A stretch of DNA of 64,000 nt from an uncultured Bacilli bacterium (GTDB lineage: Bacteria; Bacillota_I; Bacilli_A; RFN20; CAG-826): positions 1-64,000 of the forward strand of contig CAKPBC010000008.1 in assembly GCA_934140155.1 (NCBI GenBank). Direction: 5' to 3'. The position numbers and the translations under genes are program-made. This document shows, piece by piece, positions 10,171-21,180 of the stretch (position 1 is the first letter of the stretch; each line of letters opens with the position of its first letter). Under the pieces are notes generated by a model. The model saw only the letters and a program-made list of their open reading frames with translations. It was not told the DNA's origin and made no database searches.

Positions 10171-11348
10171 TACGCTATTAATCCTTTATCTTTTAGTTCA
10201 CTAAATATAATGTCGGCAATTTGCATAGAACCGTTTTTTTCACGGTTAACATTTTTCTTAATATTTTGTTTAAGTGCTTTTAAATATTCTGGATGTTCAT
10301 ATAAATATGTAATTGTGCGATACATATGAGAAACATTATAGCAAGTCACGCCACAATTTAAATCTTCGCAAAATAATTTTGCTGACGCTTTTTCAATGTT
10401 ATGTGCATAATAATCTACGACAACTGGAGTTCCCATATATAACGAATCAAGCACCGCATTAGGTCCAGATTTAGTAATAAACACATCACTAGCGCCATAA
10501 TATTCATAAGCAAGTGGAGTAAAACGTAAAGGCACTAAAGTTATATTATCAGGCACTTTGCTTTTCTTTTTATCAAAATATTGATATACCTTTTCGTTTT
10601 TACCAGCAAGTATTAAAATAGTAATCGGAAATTTAATGTTTTTAATCAAATTATTACAAGCTCGTTTTGCTTTACCTTGCGCATAAGCACCATCGGCAAT
10701 AATGACCGTAAATTTATCAAGTGGTAAATTATATTTTTTACGATACTCTTCTTTTGTTCCCGTAGCATTAACTACTTCATTACGAGCAGTGAAAAACACA
10801 CGACGTAACTGTTCATATTTAAATCTTCTCTTTTTAATTGATTCATTACAAGCTGAATCATTATTGTTAATAAATATGTCACTACGATTATCCCACCATA
10901 CGTGGACATTATTATCTGGGTTATAAGTAATAACAGTTAAATTGGGCATATAACGTTTCTTTAATTCTAGAGCCGCAAATGTAATGAAATAATGTGTAGA
11001 AATAATAACATCTGGATTATGAGCGCGCATTGCATCAATTGTAGCATCAGTATATTTTTTAAAAATTGTACGGTGTGTAAAACGCATAAATGTTTGTTTG
11101 CCCATTAAATCCAAAAACCAGAATATGCCAATACCAAATGCTTTATCCTTATTAGTTTTTTTTGTACAACCGGACAAGAACTTTTCAAAATCCGCGGTAG
11201 CCTTATTACCTTCATCCATAATATATGATTCAATAATATCTAATTTATCACTATATTTTGCTTTTAAACTATCCGCAATGGCCTTCATTGACATAATATG
11301 TCCCATTCCAGATTCTATATATGTTAATAATACACGAGGTTTGTCCAT
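10170..11348 (-). CDS. ugtP: Diacylglycerol glycosyltransferase (MGDG synthase/UgtP family, GT28)
   Basis: N-terminal MGDG_synth signature LLTYIESGMGH; GT-B C-terminal domain. Confidence 0.65.
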   Translation of the reverse strand: MDKPRVLLTYIESGMGHIMSMKAIADSLKAKYSDKLDIIESYIMDEGNKATADFEKFLSGCTKKTNKDKAFGIGIFWFLDLMGKQTFMRFTHRTIFKKYTDATIDAMRAHNPDVIISTHYFITFAALELKKRYMPNLTVITYNPDNNVHVWWDNRSDIFINNNDSACNESIKKRRFKYEQLRRVFFTARNEVVNATGTKEEYRKKYNLPLDKFTVIIADGAYAQGKAKRACNNLIKNIKFPITILILAGKNEKVYQYFDKKKSKVPDNITLVPLRFTPLAYEYYGASDVFITKSGPNAVLDSLYMGTPVVVDYYAHNIEKASAKLFCEDLNCGVTCYNVSHMYRTITYLYEHPEYLKALKQNIKKNVNREKNGSMQIADIIFSELKDKGLIA

Positions 11349-11393
11349 TTAAAAATCCAACTTTCTTTTGTATTTGACTTATTATAGCAAATT

Positions 11394-11981
11394 TCAAATA
11401 GCGTAAACAACTATTCCTAAGCAAATAGAAATAACAATCAACAAAATTGCCGATATTGTCTTTTTTCTTATTTTCTTATACAAAAACATTATAAGCGCTA
11501 AAACAAGGCAAATGATTAACGGCCTAATAAAATCATCAAAATTAAATGCAAAATTTTCATTAATCACAAAATTAGGAACTAAAATTTTAAATAATGTGAA
11601 TAAACCAGTCACTAGGATTAAACCGATAATAACAGGATTTATTCCTTTTAAAATAGATTTAACATATTTATTATCCATTATCTTTTTAAATATAATCGCA
11701 ATTAATAAAATGATAATAAATGAAGGTAATATTACACCTAATGTAGCTACAAGCGCACCCAAAAATCCTATTTGTGAAGTACCAACAAATGTGGCTAAAT
11801 TAACCGCAATTGGTCCTGGGGTAGATTCTGCAATACCAACAATATCAATGACTTCTTCGGCAGTTAGCCAGCCATTTTTAGTGACTTCTTCTTGAATAAG
11901 AGGAATCATGGCATATCCACCACCAAAAGTAAATAAACCTATTTTAAAAAAAGCAAAAAACAATTTAATTAGTACTTCCAT
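11394..11981 (-). CDS. Chromate transporter ChrA-family half-size subunit
   Basis: FGGGYAMIPL motif, 195 aa, polytopic. Confidence 0.7.
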   Translation of the reverse strand: MEVLIKLFFAFFKIGLFTFGGGYAMIPLIQEEVTKNGWLTAEEVIDIVGIAESTPGPIAVNLATFVGTSQIGFLGALVATLGVILPSFIIILLIAIIFKKIMDNKYVKSILKGINPVIIGLILVTGLFTLFKILVPNFVINENFAFNFDDFIRPLIICLVLALIMFLYKKIRKKTISAILLIVISICLGIVVYAI

Positions 11982-12564
11982 TATTTTTATCCTCGTTTCG
12001 TTTAGATTTTTGAATAATAAAAGTAACTAATCCGATTAACCCACCAATAAGAATTAAATAAATTGAAGAGAAATTAATACTAAAAATATCAATAAGAAGC
12101 ATAGCTATAAAAGTAAAAGAAAAAATAATAATACTAATAACATCTTTATTCATCTTTTTTAGCAATTTAATTCCTGCACTTATAATTAATATAGCTACAG
12201 CACACTTAATGCCCATGAAAGCATGTTGCACAATTGTATATTCCATTAAAGATGAAAAAACACTAGCAATAACGAAAATTATTGCTAGTGATGGAATTGT
12301 AACTCCTAATGTCGATACAATTGCACCTAACACTCCTAAAACTTTGTAACCTGTATATGTAGCAATATTAATAGCAATTGGACCAGGTGTTGATTCGGCA
12401 ATTGCAACCATATCAACTAATTCTTCTTCTTTAATCCAACCTTTTTTATTTATTACTTCATCTTCTAATAAAGCCACCATGGCGTATCCACCGCCAAAGG
12501 TGAATAAACCAATTTTCATAAATGTTAGAAATAAAATTAAATAGTTTTTAAGAGTTTTATTCAT
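11965..12564 (-). CDS. Chromate transporter ChrA-family half-size subunit (paired paralog)
   Basis: FGGGYAMVAL motif; overlaps partner by 17 nt. Confidence 0.7.
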   Translation of the reverse strand: MNKTLKNYLILFLTFMKIGLFTFGGGYAMVALLEDEVINKKGWIKEEELVDMVAIAESTPGPIAINIATYTGYKVLGVLGAIVSTLGVTIPSLAIIFVIASVFSSLMEYTIVQHAFMGIKCAVAILIISAGIKLLKKMNKDVISIIIFSFTFIAMLLIDIFSINFSSIYLILIGGLIGLVTFIIQKSKRNEDKNNGSTN

Positions 12565-12566
12565 AA

Positions 12567-13931
12567 CTATTTAGTTAAGAAGGCAATGTAACTTAAGTAA
12601 GCTTCGTAAACATCAGCTTTAGATGTAATTTCCATTGGTGCGTGCATATTTAATACACCAACGCCAGCATCCATTACATGCATATTGTAGTTTCCTAAAA
12701 TATAAGCGATAGTTCCGCCGCCACCTTGATCAACACGACCAAGTTCTGCAGTTTGGTAATGAATATTTTCTTCATCTAATACTTTTCTTACCCAAGCAAT
12801 GAATTCTGGGTTAGTATCATTACATCCACTCTTACCGCGAGCGCCAGTATATTTATTAAAGACAACACCTTGTCCTAAATAAGCAGAGTTTTTAGTTTCA
12901 TTAACGCTAGGATATAATGGATCAACGCCGGCAGAAACGTCACTAGATAACATATATGAATTTTCAATAGCCATACGGACATCTAAGAAACTATTAGAGC
13001 CCATTTTGTTTAATAAACGAGCAATAGTATTTTCAAAGAATAATGATTGAGCTCCAGTTGCGCCAACTGAACCAATTTCTTCTTTATCTACTAAAATACA
13101 GCAAGAAGTGAATTCTGGATTTTCAACATCTAAAATTGCTTTTAAAGAAGTATAAGCACAGACTCTATCATCTTGACCATAACTAGCAACCATGCTTGAA
13201 TCTAAGCCATAACTACGAGCCTTACCCGCTGGAACGATTTCAATTTCACTAGAAACAAAATCTTCTTCTTCCATATTGTATTTTTTCTTTAAAATATTTA
13301 AGATATTTGCTTTTACGCTAAATTTATCTTTTTCTTTTAGTGGCATACTACCAACTGTAACATCTAAGTCTTCACCTTCAATAACTTTAGTGGCAGGTTT
13401 AGTAATTTGATCCGCGGCTAAGTGTGGTAATAAATCACCAATACCGAATACTGGATCTTTATCACTTTCACCAATATTAACTACTTCCGTTGTGCCATCT
13501 TTTTTACAAATAACACCATGTAAAGCAAGTGGAATAGTTACCCATTGATATTTTTTAATACCACCATAATAGTGAGTATCTAATAAGGCAAATCCATCTT
13601 TTTCATATAAAGGATTTTGTTTAACGTCAATACGTGGAGAGTCAATATGTGCTCCTAAAATACGTAAACCTTCTGTTAAAGGTTTCTTACCAATGATGAA
13701 TAAAGCAATGTTTTTATTTTTATTAACAACATAAACTTTATCGCCGCTTTTTAAACTTTCATAAGAATCTAATGGTTTAAAGCCTTGAGCTTCAGCAAGA
13801 GCAACGCTTTCTTTTACGCATTCTCTTTCTGTTTTGCCATTACTTAAAAATTCCATGTATTTATCATTGAATTTCATGATTCTTGATTTTTTATCTGCAT
13901 CACAAGTATGCCAAATATTTTTCTTATACAT
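12567..13931 (-). CDS. M18-family aminopeptidase
   Basis: GAHIDSP motif, 454 aa. Confidence 0.65.
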   Translation of the reverse strand: MYKKNIWHTCDADKKSRIMKFNDKYMEFLSNGKTERECVKESVALAEAQGFKPLDSYESLKSGDKVYVVNKNKNIALFIIGKKPLTEGLRILGAHIDSPRIDVKQNPLYEKDGFALLDTHYYGGIKKYQWVTIPLALHGVICKKDGTTEVVNIGESDKDPVFGIGDLLPHLAADQITKPATKVIEGEDLDVTVGSMPLKEKDKFSVKANILNILKKKYNMEEEDFVSSEIEIVPAGKARSYGLDSSMVASYGQDDRVCAYTSLKAILDVENPEFTSCCILVDKEEIGSVGATGAQSLFFENTIARLLNKMGSNSFLDVRMAIENSYMLSSDVSAGVDPLYPSVNETKNSAYLGQGVVFNKYTGARGKSGCNDTNPEFIAWVRKVLDEENIHYQTAELGRVDQGGGGTIAYILGNYNMHVMDAGVGVLNMHAPMEITSKADVYEAYLSYIAFLTK

Positions 13932-14101
13932 ATATAAAAACCTCTTTTCTATGTCTTTATTATAATCATTTCCTTATTATTTTCAATAATAACGATAAGT
14001 AACTTGAAGCAAGTTTATTGAAATTTATAATCAATAAATGGTAAAATATTTGTCACTAAAAGAAAGTTGGTGTTTAAAGTTTATTTACTTAAACTTATAT
14101 T

Positions 14102-15001
14102 ATGATTAAATACGAAATTATTAATTTATCCGAACATATAAATACCAAACCACTTGTTGCCGCGATTGGAAACTTTAATGGTTTTCATATTGGTCATCAA
14201 GAGTTACTAAAAAAAGTAAATCAATTAAGTGGTAATAATAACCAAACTGCAGTTATTACTTTTAAGCATCAAACGCAAAATAATCAAATTCTAAGTTTAG
14301 AAGATGAATGTGCTTTCTTGAAACAATTTAATATATCATTATTAATTATAATTGATTTTAATGATGAATTACGTACCACTAGTGCTACAAATTTCATTAG
14401 TTTTTTAATTAACACATTAAAAGTAAAAGATTTGATTGTCGGAGAAGATTTTACTTTTGGCTTTAATAAAAGCGGAAATATTTATACATTACAATGTTCT
14501 CCAATTAATACAATAGTAATTCCAATTAAAAAAATCGACGACATAAAAGTATCAACCACTGATATTATTAGACATTTAAAAGAGGGAAATATAGAAACTA
14601 GCAACAAACTATTAGGTTATCAATATGGAATTACTGGATTAGTGCAAAAAGGATTACAAAATGGACATAAAATAGGTTTTCCTACTGTTAATTTAAAGTT
14701 CAATAATTATGTTAAAATAAAAGATGGCGTATATGCCACCTTAGTTATATTTGATAATAAGAAATATTTAGGAATGGGATATGTTGGTGTTCACAAAACA
14801 ATTGATGAACTAGCATCACCACTATTAGAAGTTAATATCTTTGATTTTAACGAAAATATTTATAATAAAGAAATTAAAGTTCTATTTTTAAGCCGCGTTG
14901 CTGATAGTTATAAATTCTCATCATTAGATGTATTAAAAAGTCATTTAGAGCAATATAAACAAGAAATAACAACTAAATTTCAAGACTATTTACATAATTA
15001 A
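14102..15001 (+). CDS. ribF: Bifunctional riboflavin kinase / FMN adenylyltransferase
   Basis: N-terminal GNFNGFHIGHQ nucleotidyltransferase motif plus C-terminal riboflavin kinase domain. Confidence 0.8.
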   Translation: MIKYEIINLSEHINTKPLVAAIGNFNGFHIGHQELLKKVNQLSGNNNQTAVITFKHQTQNNQILSLEDECAFLKQFNISLLIIIDFNDELRTTSATNFISFLINTLKVKDLIVGEDFTFGFNKSGNIYTLQCSPINTIVIPIKKIDDIKVSTTDIIRHLKEGNIETSNKLLGYQYGITGLVQKGLQNGHKIGFPTVNLKFNNYVKIKDGVYATLVIFDNKKYLGMGYVGVHKTIDELASPLLEVNIFDFNENIYNKEIKVLFLSRVADSYKFSSLDVLKSHLEQYKQEITTKFQDYLHN

Positions 15002-15919
15002 ATGTTCCAATTTATATAATTTTTTATAACGTTTTTCAAATATTTTTGAAGTAATTTCATATGCATTATCGGCGCCATAACGATTTTGCGCTAATAAGTT
15101 ATTTAAGCCGTCTAAATCAAGATTAGAGCTAATCATAACTATTTTATTATTTTTATAACGACTATTTATTAATGGCAAAAGAAATTGATCACGAATTACA
15201 CTATTAATCAATACATCTTTATTAAATCCATCTAACACTAATAAAGTAACACTCGATAATTCATCAAAATATTCATCAAATTCATCTTTGTCTTTATAAA
15301 AGATTTCTTTTACATATTCCATTAAGTCTTTTACATTTAAATAGGCAATATTCCCCTTCTTTTTTAAAGCAAATTCATTACAAAATGCCATTAAATATTC
15401 GCTTTTTGAACTTTTAGTTGGGCCATAAATATAAATCCAATTTTTTAAATTCTGATCCAACATTTCTTTTAGAGCTATTTTAAGTTGTTGACGATAGCCA
15501 TTGCGATAATTATTTATATTTTTTAATAATAATTCATTAAAGTTATCACTATAGTCTTTATATAAAAATTTTTTCATAAAATTACGATTTTCTTCATATA
15601 AACGACATGGTTTAAACGTTTTTGTTACTAATTTTTGAGTAATTTCTGGATGAATCATAAATCCTTGACAAGAATTCTTACATTCCTTTAAGCCTGGACA
15701 ATTTTTGCAGTTATGAAATTCTCTTTGTGTATCAACAAAAAGCATCAAAGAATCATCGAATTGTTCTTTAGACATTTTTAATGGACGAATAATTTCATCA
15801 ACAAATTCATCATCTTTTTTAATGTTTTCTTTTAATTCATTTTCATAAGCAATATCTTCTTCAGTTTTATCAGAGTAGGTAAATAATTCTTCATTAGTCT
15901 TCATTTTATTAGTCTTCAT
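14990..15919 (-). CDS. dnaI: Primosomal protein DnaI (helicase loader) with N-terminal zinc finger and degenerate Walker A
   Basis: CKNCPGLKEC..C zinc-binding N-terminus; position immediately downstream of dnaB(Bsu-type); P-loop degenerate (GPTKSSKS). Confidence 0.55.
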   Translation of the reverse strand: MKTNKMKTNEELFTYSDKTEEDIAYENELKENIKKDDEFVDEIIRPLKMSKEQFDDSLMLFVDTQREFHNCKNCPGLKECKNSCQGFMIHPEITQKLVTKTFKPCRLYEENRNFMKKFLYKDYSDNFNELLLKNINNYRNGYRQQLKIALKEMLDQNLKNWIYIYGPTKSSKSEYLMAFCNEFALKKKGNIAYLNVKDLMEYVKEIFYKDKDEFDEYFDELSSVTLLVLDGFNKDVLINSVIRDQFLLPLINSRYKNNKIVMISSNLDLDGLNNLLAQNRYGADNAYEITSKIFEKRYKKLYKLEHLIM

Positions 15920-17162
15920 CTTCTAAATCCTCGTTATATTCCACATTGTCTTCTTCATCAAATAATTTTTTACTAGCTTTAGGTTGATATGAACTAGTTT
16001 TAGTTTCCGCCTTTTTAGCGCGCTTATTTGTTTTGTTTAAATAATTCAATGTTTCTACAACTGTTGTTACGCCTTCACGCACTAAAGAAGCCGCTATTTT
16101 TTCCACATAATTTTTGGGCAAAGTGTTATCTTTTACTTGCAAAACATAATTAATTAAAGCATTAATAACTCCATTGCTTAGATTATAACTAGTAGCTAAA
16201 GTTGAAACTAAAGTTAAATCCGCAGAAGAAGGTGCTGTGTTATTTTGTAATAAACTCAAATATTTGGCAGGTGGACAAGTTTCCATTAATTGAATCATCT
16301 TTTTATATTTACCATCACTTGCTTCAATATTATGTGCTTTAGTCTTTTCTTTTTTAGGCATAATTGTGGAATAATTATTAACATTTTTCAATGTTTCCAT
16401 CAATTTATCAAACTGAACTCTTTCACCTTTTTCAGCATAAAAATTAGTATAATTTTCGAAATATTCCGCTAATGTATCTTCATTTGATCCATAAATTGCG
16501 GCAATCTTGCTTATTTTTTCTAGTTCGTCTTTAGTCAAGAAATTATCTTTAATATTTTTAGACGCTAATAAAGTCAAGAATTTCCCAATATCAAAACTTG
16601 TATATACGTTACCTTCTTCTCTTCCAACTAAAGTAGGAATGTTTGAAGGTATAGAGTTTTTAAAATTATTAATGTCAGTATAAAAAACTTCACCAAACTT
16701 AGTTGTGATATCTTTAAAATCGGTTAAATCAATTCTATTTCTGTAATAACTAGTTAAACGTTGAACATCTTTTTCGCCAATATATTTAACAAGTAGTTCT
16801 TTAAAAAAGAGATCATTAAAAAATTCTTTTGGCTGTTTAGGAGCATATAAGCAAAACATATAAGTTTTTCTTTCTTCACTTATTACCTTAACATAAGTCT
16901 TCATTAATCCCATAGCTTCTAATAATCTTCTACCATTAAGAAGAGCATCAGAAGTTATTCTTAAATAAGTGATTAGCTTATCAATCGAATAAAAACCAGT
17001 TTCTTGATCTGTTTGAGCATCAGACCAAAATTTAAAAAATAATGAAATAGCAACAGGTCCAACAATAGGTTGATATAAGTCTATTAAAACCTTTCGATCC
17101 GAATCAGAAATAGTACTTGCAAAACGTATTTCATAAAAATCACAATTACTCATATATTCCAT
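15909..17162 (-). CDS. dnaB: Replication initiation and membrane attachment protein (Bacillus-type DnaB, DnaD-like domain)
   Basis: 417 aa, DnaD-like domains, synteny with dnaI. Confidence 0.55.
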   Translation of the reverse strand: MEYMSNCDFYEIRFASTISDSDRKVLIDLYQPIVGPVAISLFFKFWSDAQTDQETGFYSIDKLITYLRITSDALLNGRRLLEAMGLMKTYVKVISEERKTYMFCLYAPKQPKEFFNDLFFKELLVKYIGEKDVQRLTSYYRNRIDLTDFKDITTKFGEVFYTDINNFKNSIPSNIPTLVGREEGNVYTSFDIGKFLTLLASKNIKDNFLTKDELEKISKIAAIYGSNEDTLAEYFENYTNFYAEKGERVQFDKLMETLKNVNNYSTIMPKKEKTKAHNIEASDGKYKKMIQLMETCPPAKYLSLLQNNTAPSSADLTLVSTLATSYNLSNGVINALINYVLQVKDNTLPKNYVEKIAASLVREGVTTVVETLNYLNKTNKRAKKAETKTSSYQPKASKKLFDEEDNVEYNEDLEDED

Positions 17163-17432
17163 AGTGTTACACCTGCTTTCATAGTTAAAATATTATAACA
17201 TGTATTTTTCATATTTTAACATAGTTTCTGAATAACTTTTTATAAGCATGTATTTTTGATTTTTTTTTGTTTTTTTTATATTTTTTACTTTTTAACGCAC
17301 TAAGCGAAACTTGTAAGGGCTTACTTATAGCAAAACAACATTTTGCTACACAAAGTGTCTTAAAATATCTTTGATTTTTATTCACACAATGATATAATCA
17401 TTGCGGAGTTTTGTTTTAGGAGGTAGTTGAAA

Positions 17433-18389
17433 ATGAAACGTGTAGGAATTTTAACAAGTGGTGGAGACGCACCTGGCATGAATGCTGCTGTTAGAGCGGT
17501 TGTACGTGCAGGATTATATCATGACTTAGAAATGTTCGTGATTTATGATGGATATAAAGGATTAGTGGAAGGTAACATTCAACAAGTCAATCGTGACTTT
17601 GTATCTGATATTGTTAATCGTGGTGGCACAATTATTCGTTCCGCTCGTCTTCCAGAATTTAAGGAAGTTGAAACTCGTAAGAAAGGTATAGAACAATTAA
17701 AAAAATTTGGCATTGATGCTTTAGTATGTATTGGTGGCGATGGAACATATCAAGGCGCAAAAGCATTATCTAATATGGGTATCAATTGTATTGCCTTACC
17801 AGGAACAATTGATAATGATATTGCTTCTACTGATTTTACAATCGGTTTTGATACAGCTTTAAATACAATCGTTGAAGCAGTTGATAAATTACGTGATACA
17901 TCCACTTCTCATCAACGTTGTTCTGTCGTTGAAGTAATGGGAAGATATTGTGGCGATTTAGCTCTTTTCTCAGGTATTGCTTGTGGAGCAGATTTAATTG
18001 TTACTTCTGACTACCAATTAACAAGAAATGAAATTATTGAAAAATTAGGTGAAATGCACAAAAATGGTAAAAGACACGCTATGGTGATCATCACTGAAAA
18101 ATTATGTGATGTTAATGAATTAGCTCATGACATCGAAAAAGAATCAGGTTTTGAATGTCGTGCCGAAGTTTTAGGCCGTATTCAACGTGGTGGTAGTCCA
18201 ACAGCTCGTGACCGTTTCTTAGCAGGACAAATGGGTGTAAGAGCAATTGAACTTTTAATCGAAGGAAAAGGCGGACGTTGCGTTGGCTTAAAAGGTAGTC
18301 AATTAGTCGATTATGATATTGATGATGCCTTAAAAATGAAACGCGATACCCATACTGAATTAGTTGATGTTATTCACTCAATTTGCTAA
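17433..18389 (+). CDS. pfkA: ATP-dependent 6-phosphofructokinase (start at ATG 17433, RBS GGAGG)
   Basis: MKRVGILTSGGDAPGMNAA, GGDGT motifs. Confidence 0.9.
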   Translation: MKRVGILTSGGDAPGMNAAVRAVVRAGLYHDLEMFVIYDGYKGLVEGNIQQVNRDFVSDIVNRGGTIIRSARLPEFKEVETRKKGIEQLKKFGIDALVCIGGDGTYQGAKALSNMGINCIALPGTIDNDIASTDFTIGFDTALNTIVEAVDKLRDTSTSHQRCSVVEVMGRYCGDLALFSGIACGADLIVTSDYQLTRNEIIEKLGEMHKNGKRHAMVIITEKLCDVNELAHDIEKESGFECRAEVLGRIQRGGSPTARDRFLAGQMGVRAIELLIEGKGGRCVGLKGSQLVDYDIDDALKMKRDTHTELVDVIHSIC

Positions 18390-18419
18390 CTTAAATTTAT
18401 TTATTAGGGGAGTTTTACT

Positions 18420-19868
18420 ATGATCATTCATAAAAATACAAAAGTTGTTTGCACTATTGGACCAGCAAGCGAAAGTTACGAAGTATTATCACAATTAATT
18501 GATGCCGGAATGAACGTTATGCGTTTAAATTTTTCGCATGGCGAGCATCCTGATCATTTAAAGAAAATTGAATTAATTCGTAAACTTGAACATGATAATG
18601 GAGTAATTATTCCTATTATATTAGATACAAAAGGTCCAGAAATTCGTTGTCACTTATTTAAAGATGGGCAAGCTAAAATTTTACGTGATTCAATTGTGCG
18701 TATTTCTATGACTGAAATATTAGGTGATGAAACAAAGTTTTCTGTTACTTATGATAAATTATTTGATGACGTTGAAGTTGGTAACAAAATTAAAATTGAT
18801 GATGGAAATCTTGAACTTGATATTATTGAAAAGGACTTTGAACATCGTGAATTAGTTACAAAAGCTAGAAATACATATGTCATTAAAAATCGTAAAGGCG
18901 TTATCGCTCCTTTTGCAAGATTATCCATGGCTTATGTATCAAAAAAAGACGAGGAAGATTTAAAATTTGGTTGTGAGCATAATGTTGATTATGTAGCGGC
19001 TTCATTTACTCGTCGTCCAGAAGATATTTTAGAAATTAAAGCGATTCTTGCAAAATACGGAAAACCTGATATTGGTGTTATTGCAAAAATCGAAAATCAA
19101 GAAGGCGTCGATAAAATAAATGAAATTATTGATGTAAGTGATGGTGTTATGGTTGCCCGTGGCGATTTAGGTGTCGAAGTTCCTTCGGAGATGGTTCCAG
19201 TTATTCAAAAACAAATTATTGAAAAATGCCGCGTTAAAGGAAAACCTGTTATTACCGCAACACAAATGTTAGATTCAATGCAAACTAGACCAGTACCAAC
19301 ACGTGCTGAAGTGAGTGATGTTGCTAATGCAATATTAGAAGGTACAGATGCTGTTATGCTTTCTGGCGAATCCGCTTCTGGTGATTATCCGGTTTTAGCT
19401 ACTGAAATGCAAACTAAAATATCTAAAACCATGGAACAATATCTAGACTATGAAAAACTTGCAGAACAAGCATATAACACATCAGAAAAGAACAATTCTG
19501 ATGCTATATCTAATTCTGTTGCTAATACTGCTTTATTAATTGGAGCAAAATTAATCGTAGCCATATCTGGTATGGGTACAACGCCACGAAGAATTTCTAA
19601 AGCGCGTCCATGTTGCCCAATTATTTGCATTTCTTCTAATCGCCGTGTTTTATCTAAATTAAGTTTATTCTGGGGTATATATGGTATATGTGTTCCTAAA
19701 GTTCCTAACTTAATTGAAGAGATGGAAGTTTTAGCTCTTGTTAAAGCTCACGATTTGGGCATTCAAACTGGTGAACCAATTATCTTAACTGGTGCAACTC
19801 CGGCAGGCACTCGTGGCACAAACTTTATGAAAATATTAAACGCTAATAACGATGGCGCTAAAGACTAA
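18420..19868 (+). CDS. pyk: Pyruvate kinase
   Basis: KVVCTIGPAS, MVARGDLG motifs; 482 aa without PEP-utilizer extension. Confidence 0.9.
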   Translation: MIIHKNTKVVCTIGPASESYEVLSQLIDAGMNVMRLNFSHGEHPDHLKKIELIRKLEHDNGVIIPIILDTKGPEIRCHLFKDGQAKILRDSIVRISMTEILGDETKFSVTYDKLFDDVEVGNKIKIDDGNLELDIIEKDFEHRELVTKARNTYVIKNRKGVIAPFARLSMAYVSKKDEEDLKFGCEHNVDYVAASFTRRPEDILEIKAILAKYGKPDIGVIAKIENQEGVDKINEIIDVSDGVMVARGDLGVEVPSEMVPVIQKQIIEKCRVKGKPVITATQMLDSMQTRPVPTRAEVSDVANAILEGTDAVMLSGESASGDYPVLATEMQTKISKTMEQYLDYEKLAEQAYNTSEKNNSDAISNSVANTALLIGAKLIVAISGMGTTPRRISKARPCCPIICISSNRRVLSKLSLFWGIYGICVPKVPNLIEEMEVLALVKAHDLGIQTGEPIILTGATPAGTRGTNFMKILNANNDGAKD

Positions 19869-20047
19869 TATAGATTAGTAAAAAAATATTTGCAAAAGAT
19901 ATAATTATTATTATATTCTTTTGCTTTTTTGTTTTAAAATAAACATTATTTGACTATTTGTTGATATTCTATGTTATCCCATGAGGTTATAAAGGTTGAC
20001 AAATTAGACTTAATAGGTATAATAGAAAAAGAATTGGAGGTCTTACT

Positions 20048-20905
20048 ATGAGCAAGACAATTGTCACATGTGACTCCACAATTGCTATTTCACCAGAAAA
20101 AGCAAAAGAGTATGGTTTAAAGGTTTTACCTCTTAATGTTATCGTTGATAATGTTGAGTACCATGATGGTGTCGATATTAATTATGAAAAATTAGCTAGC
20201 ATGATGCGCGCTGGTGGTGTAATTAAAACTTCTACTCCTACACCATATGAAATCGAAGCATTTTTTGATAATATATTTGCCGAAGGATACGAAAAAATTG
20301 TTCACTTTACAATTTCTAGTAAACTTTCTTCGATGTTTGATTTATTTACTAATATTTGTAAAGAAAAATATGGAGATAAAGTTATTGTTGTTGATTCTAT
20401 GTGCGTTATGTCATTTATGTTAAATAATGTTTTAACCGCTAAAGAGTTAATTGAACAAGGTGCAGAGCCTGAACAAATTCCAGAATTATTAAAAGATCGT
20501 ATCAATGATATTGAAGTCGTATTTATTCCTGAATCATTAACATTCTTAAAACGTGGCGGAAGAGTTTCTCCTGCTGTTGCTTTAATTGGTAACTTAATTG
20601 GTTTAAAACCAGTATTAGGATTTAAAGATGGTGGCATCATTAAAATTGGTACAACTAGAAACATTAAATCAACATTAAAAGAAACCGCAATTAAGTTCAA
20701 AGAAATGAAAAAAGATCCTGAAAAGTACGATATTTCCATTGCTTATGTTGATACAAATCCTGCTGTTGTTGAATTTGCTCAAAAAATGGTTGAAGAGTAT
20801 TTACCTGAATATGATTGTCATATGGATGGCTTCTCTGTAAATGTTGAAGCTCATACCGGTCCTGGTACTATTACTATTATTATGAAAAGAAAAGTTAATA
20901 AATAA
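20048..20905 (+). CDS. DegV-family fatty-acid-binding protein
   Basis: 285 aa DegV fold, RBS GGAGG. Confidence 0.75.
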   Translation: MSKTIVTCDSTIAISPEKAKEYGLKVLPLNVIVDNVEYHDGVDINYEKLASMMRAGGVIKTSTPTPYEIEAFFDNIFAEGYEKIVHFTISSKLSSMFDLFTNICKEKYGDKVIVVDSMCVMSFMLNNVLTAKELIEQGAEPEQIPELLKDRINDIEVVFIPESLTFLKRGGRVSPAVALIGNLIGLKPVLGFKDGGIIKIGTTRNIKSTLKETAIKFKEMKKDPEKYDISIAYVDTNPAVVEFAQKMVEEYLPEYDCHMDGFSVNVEAHTGPGTITIIMKRKVNK

Positions 20906-20940
20906 ATTGACTTTTATACATTAAAAATACTATTATATTA

Positions 20941-21163
20941 GTGCGTTGAAAAAGACACGTTAATAAATTAACTTTATTAAGCGAAGAAATGATTGGTGCA
21001 AGATTTCTATAAAGTATTTATTAATACCACTTTGGAGCATTTTGCGAAATAAGCAAACGTCACTGGCGTTAACAGTACTTGAGAGTATGTTTAATTTATT
21101 ATTAAATATAAATTAAGGTGGTACCGCGTTAATAGCGTCCTTATTAAAGGGGCGCTTTTTTTA
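20941..21163 (+). ncRNA. T-box riboswitch leader of thrS
   Basis: T-box sequence AAATTAAGGTGGTACCGCG at 21108-21127 followed by terminator GCGTCC..GGGCGC and T-run. Confidence 0.75.
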
Positions 21164-21180
21164 TTTAAGGAGGAAAAATT

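Noticed and set aside
10108-11352. Plus-strand ORFs opposite the acyltransferase and glycosyltransferase genes
   Set aside because: Antisense shadow ORFs
11512-11895. 127-aa plus-strand ORF opposite chrA
   Set aside because: Antisense, low complexity
16290-16472. 60-aa ORF opposite dnaB-like gene
   Set aside because: Antisense shadow
19448-19630. 60-aa minus-strand ORF inside pyk
   Set aside because: Antisense within a highly conserved gene
20302-20739. 145-aa minus-strand ORF inside degV
   Set aside because: Antisense shadow
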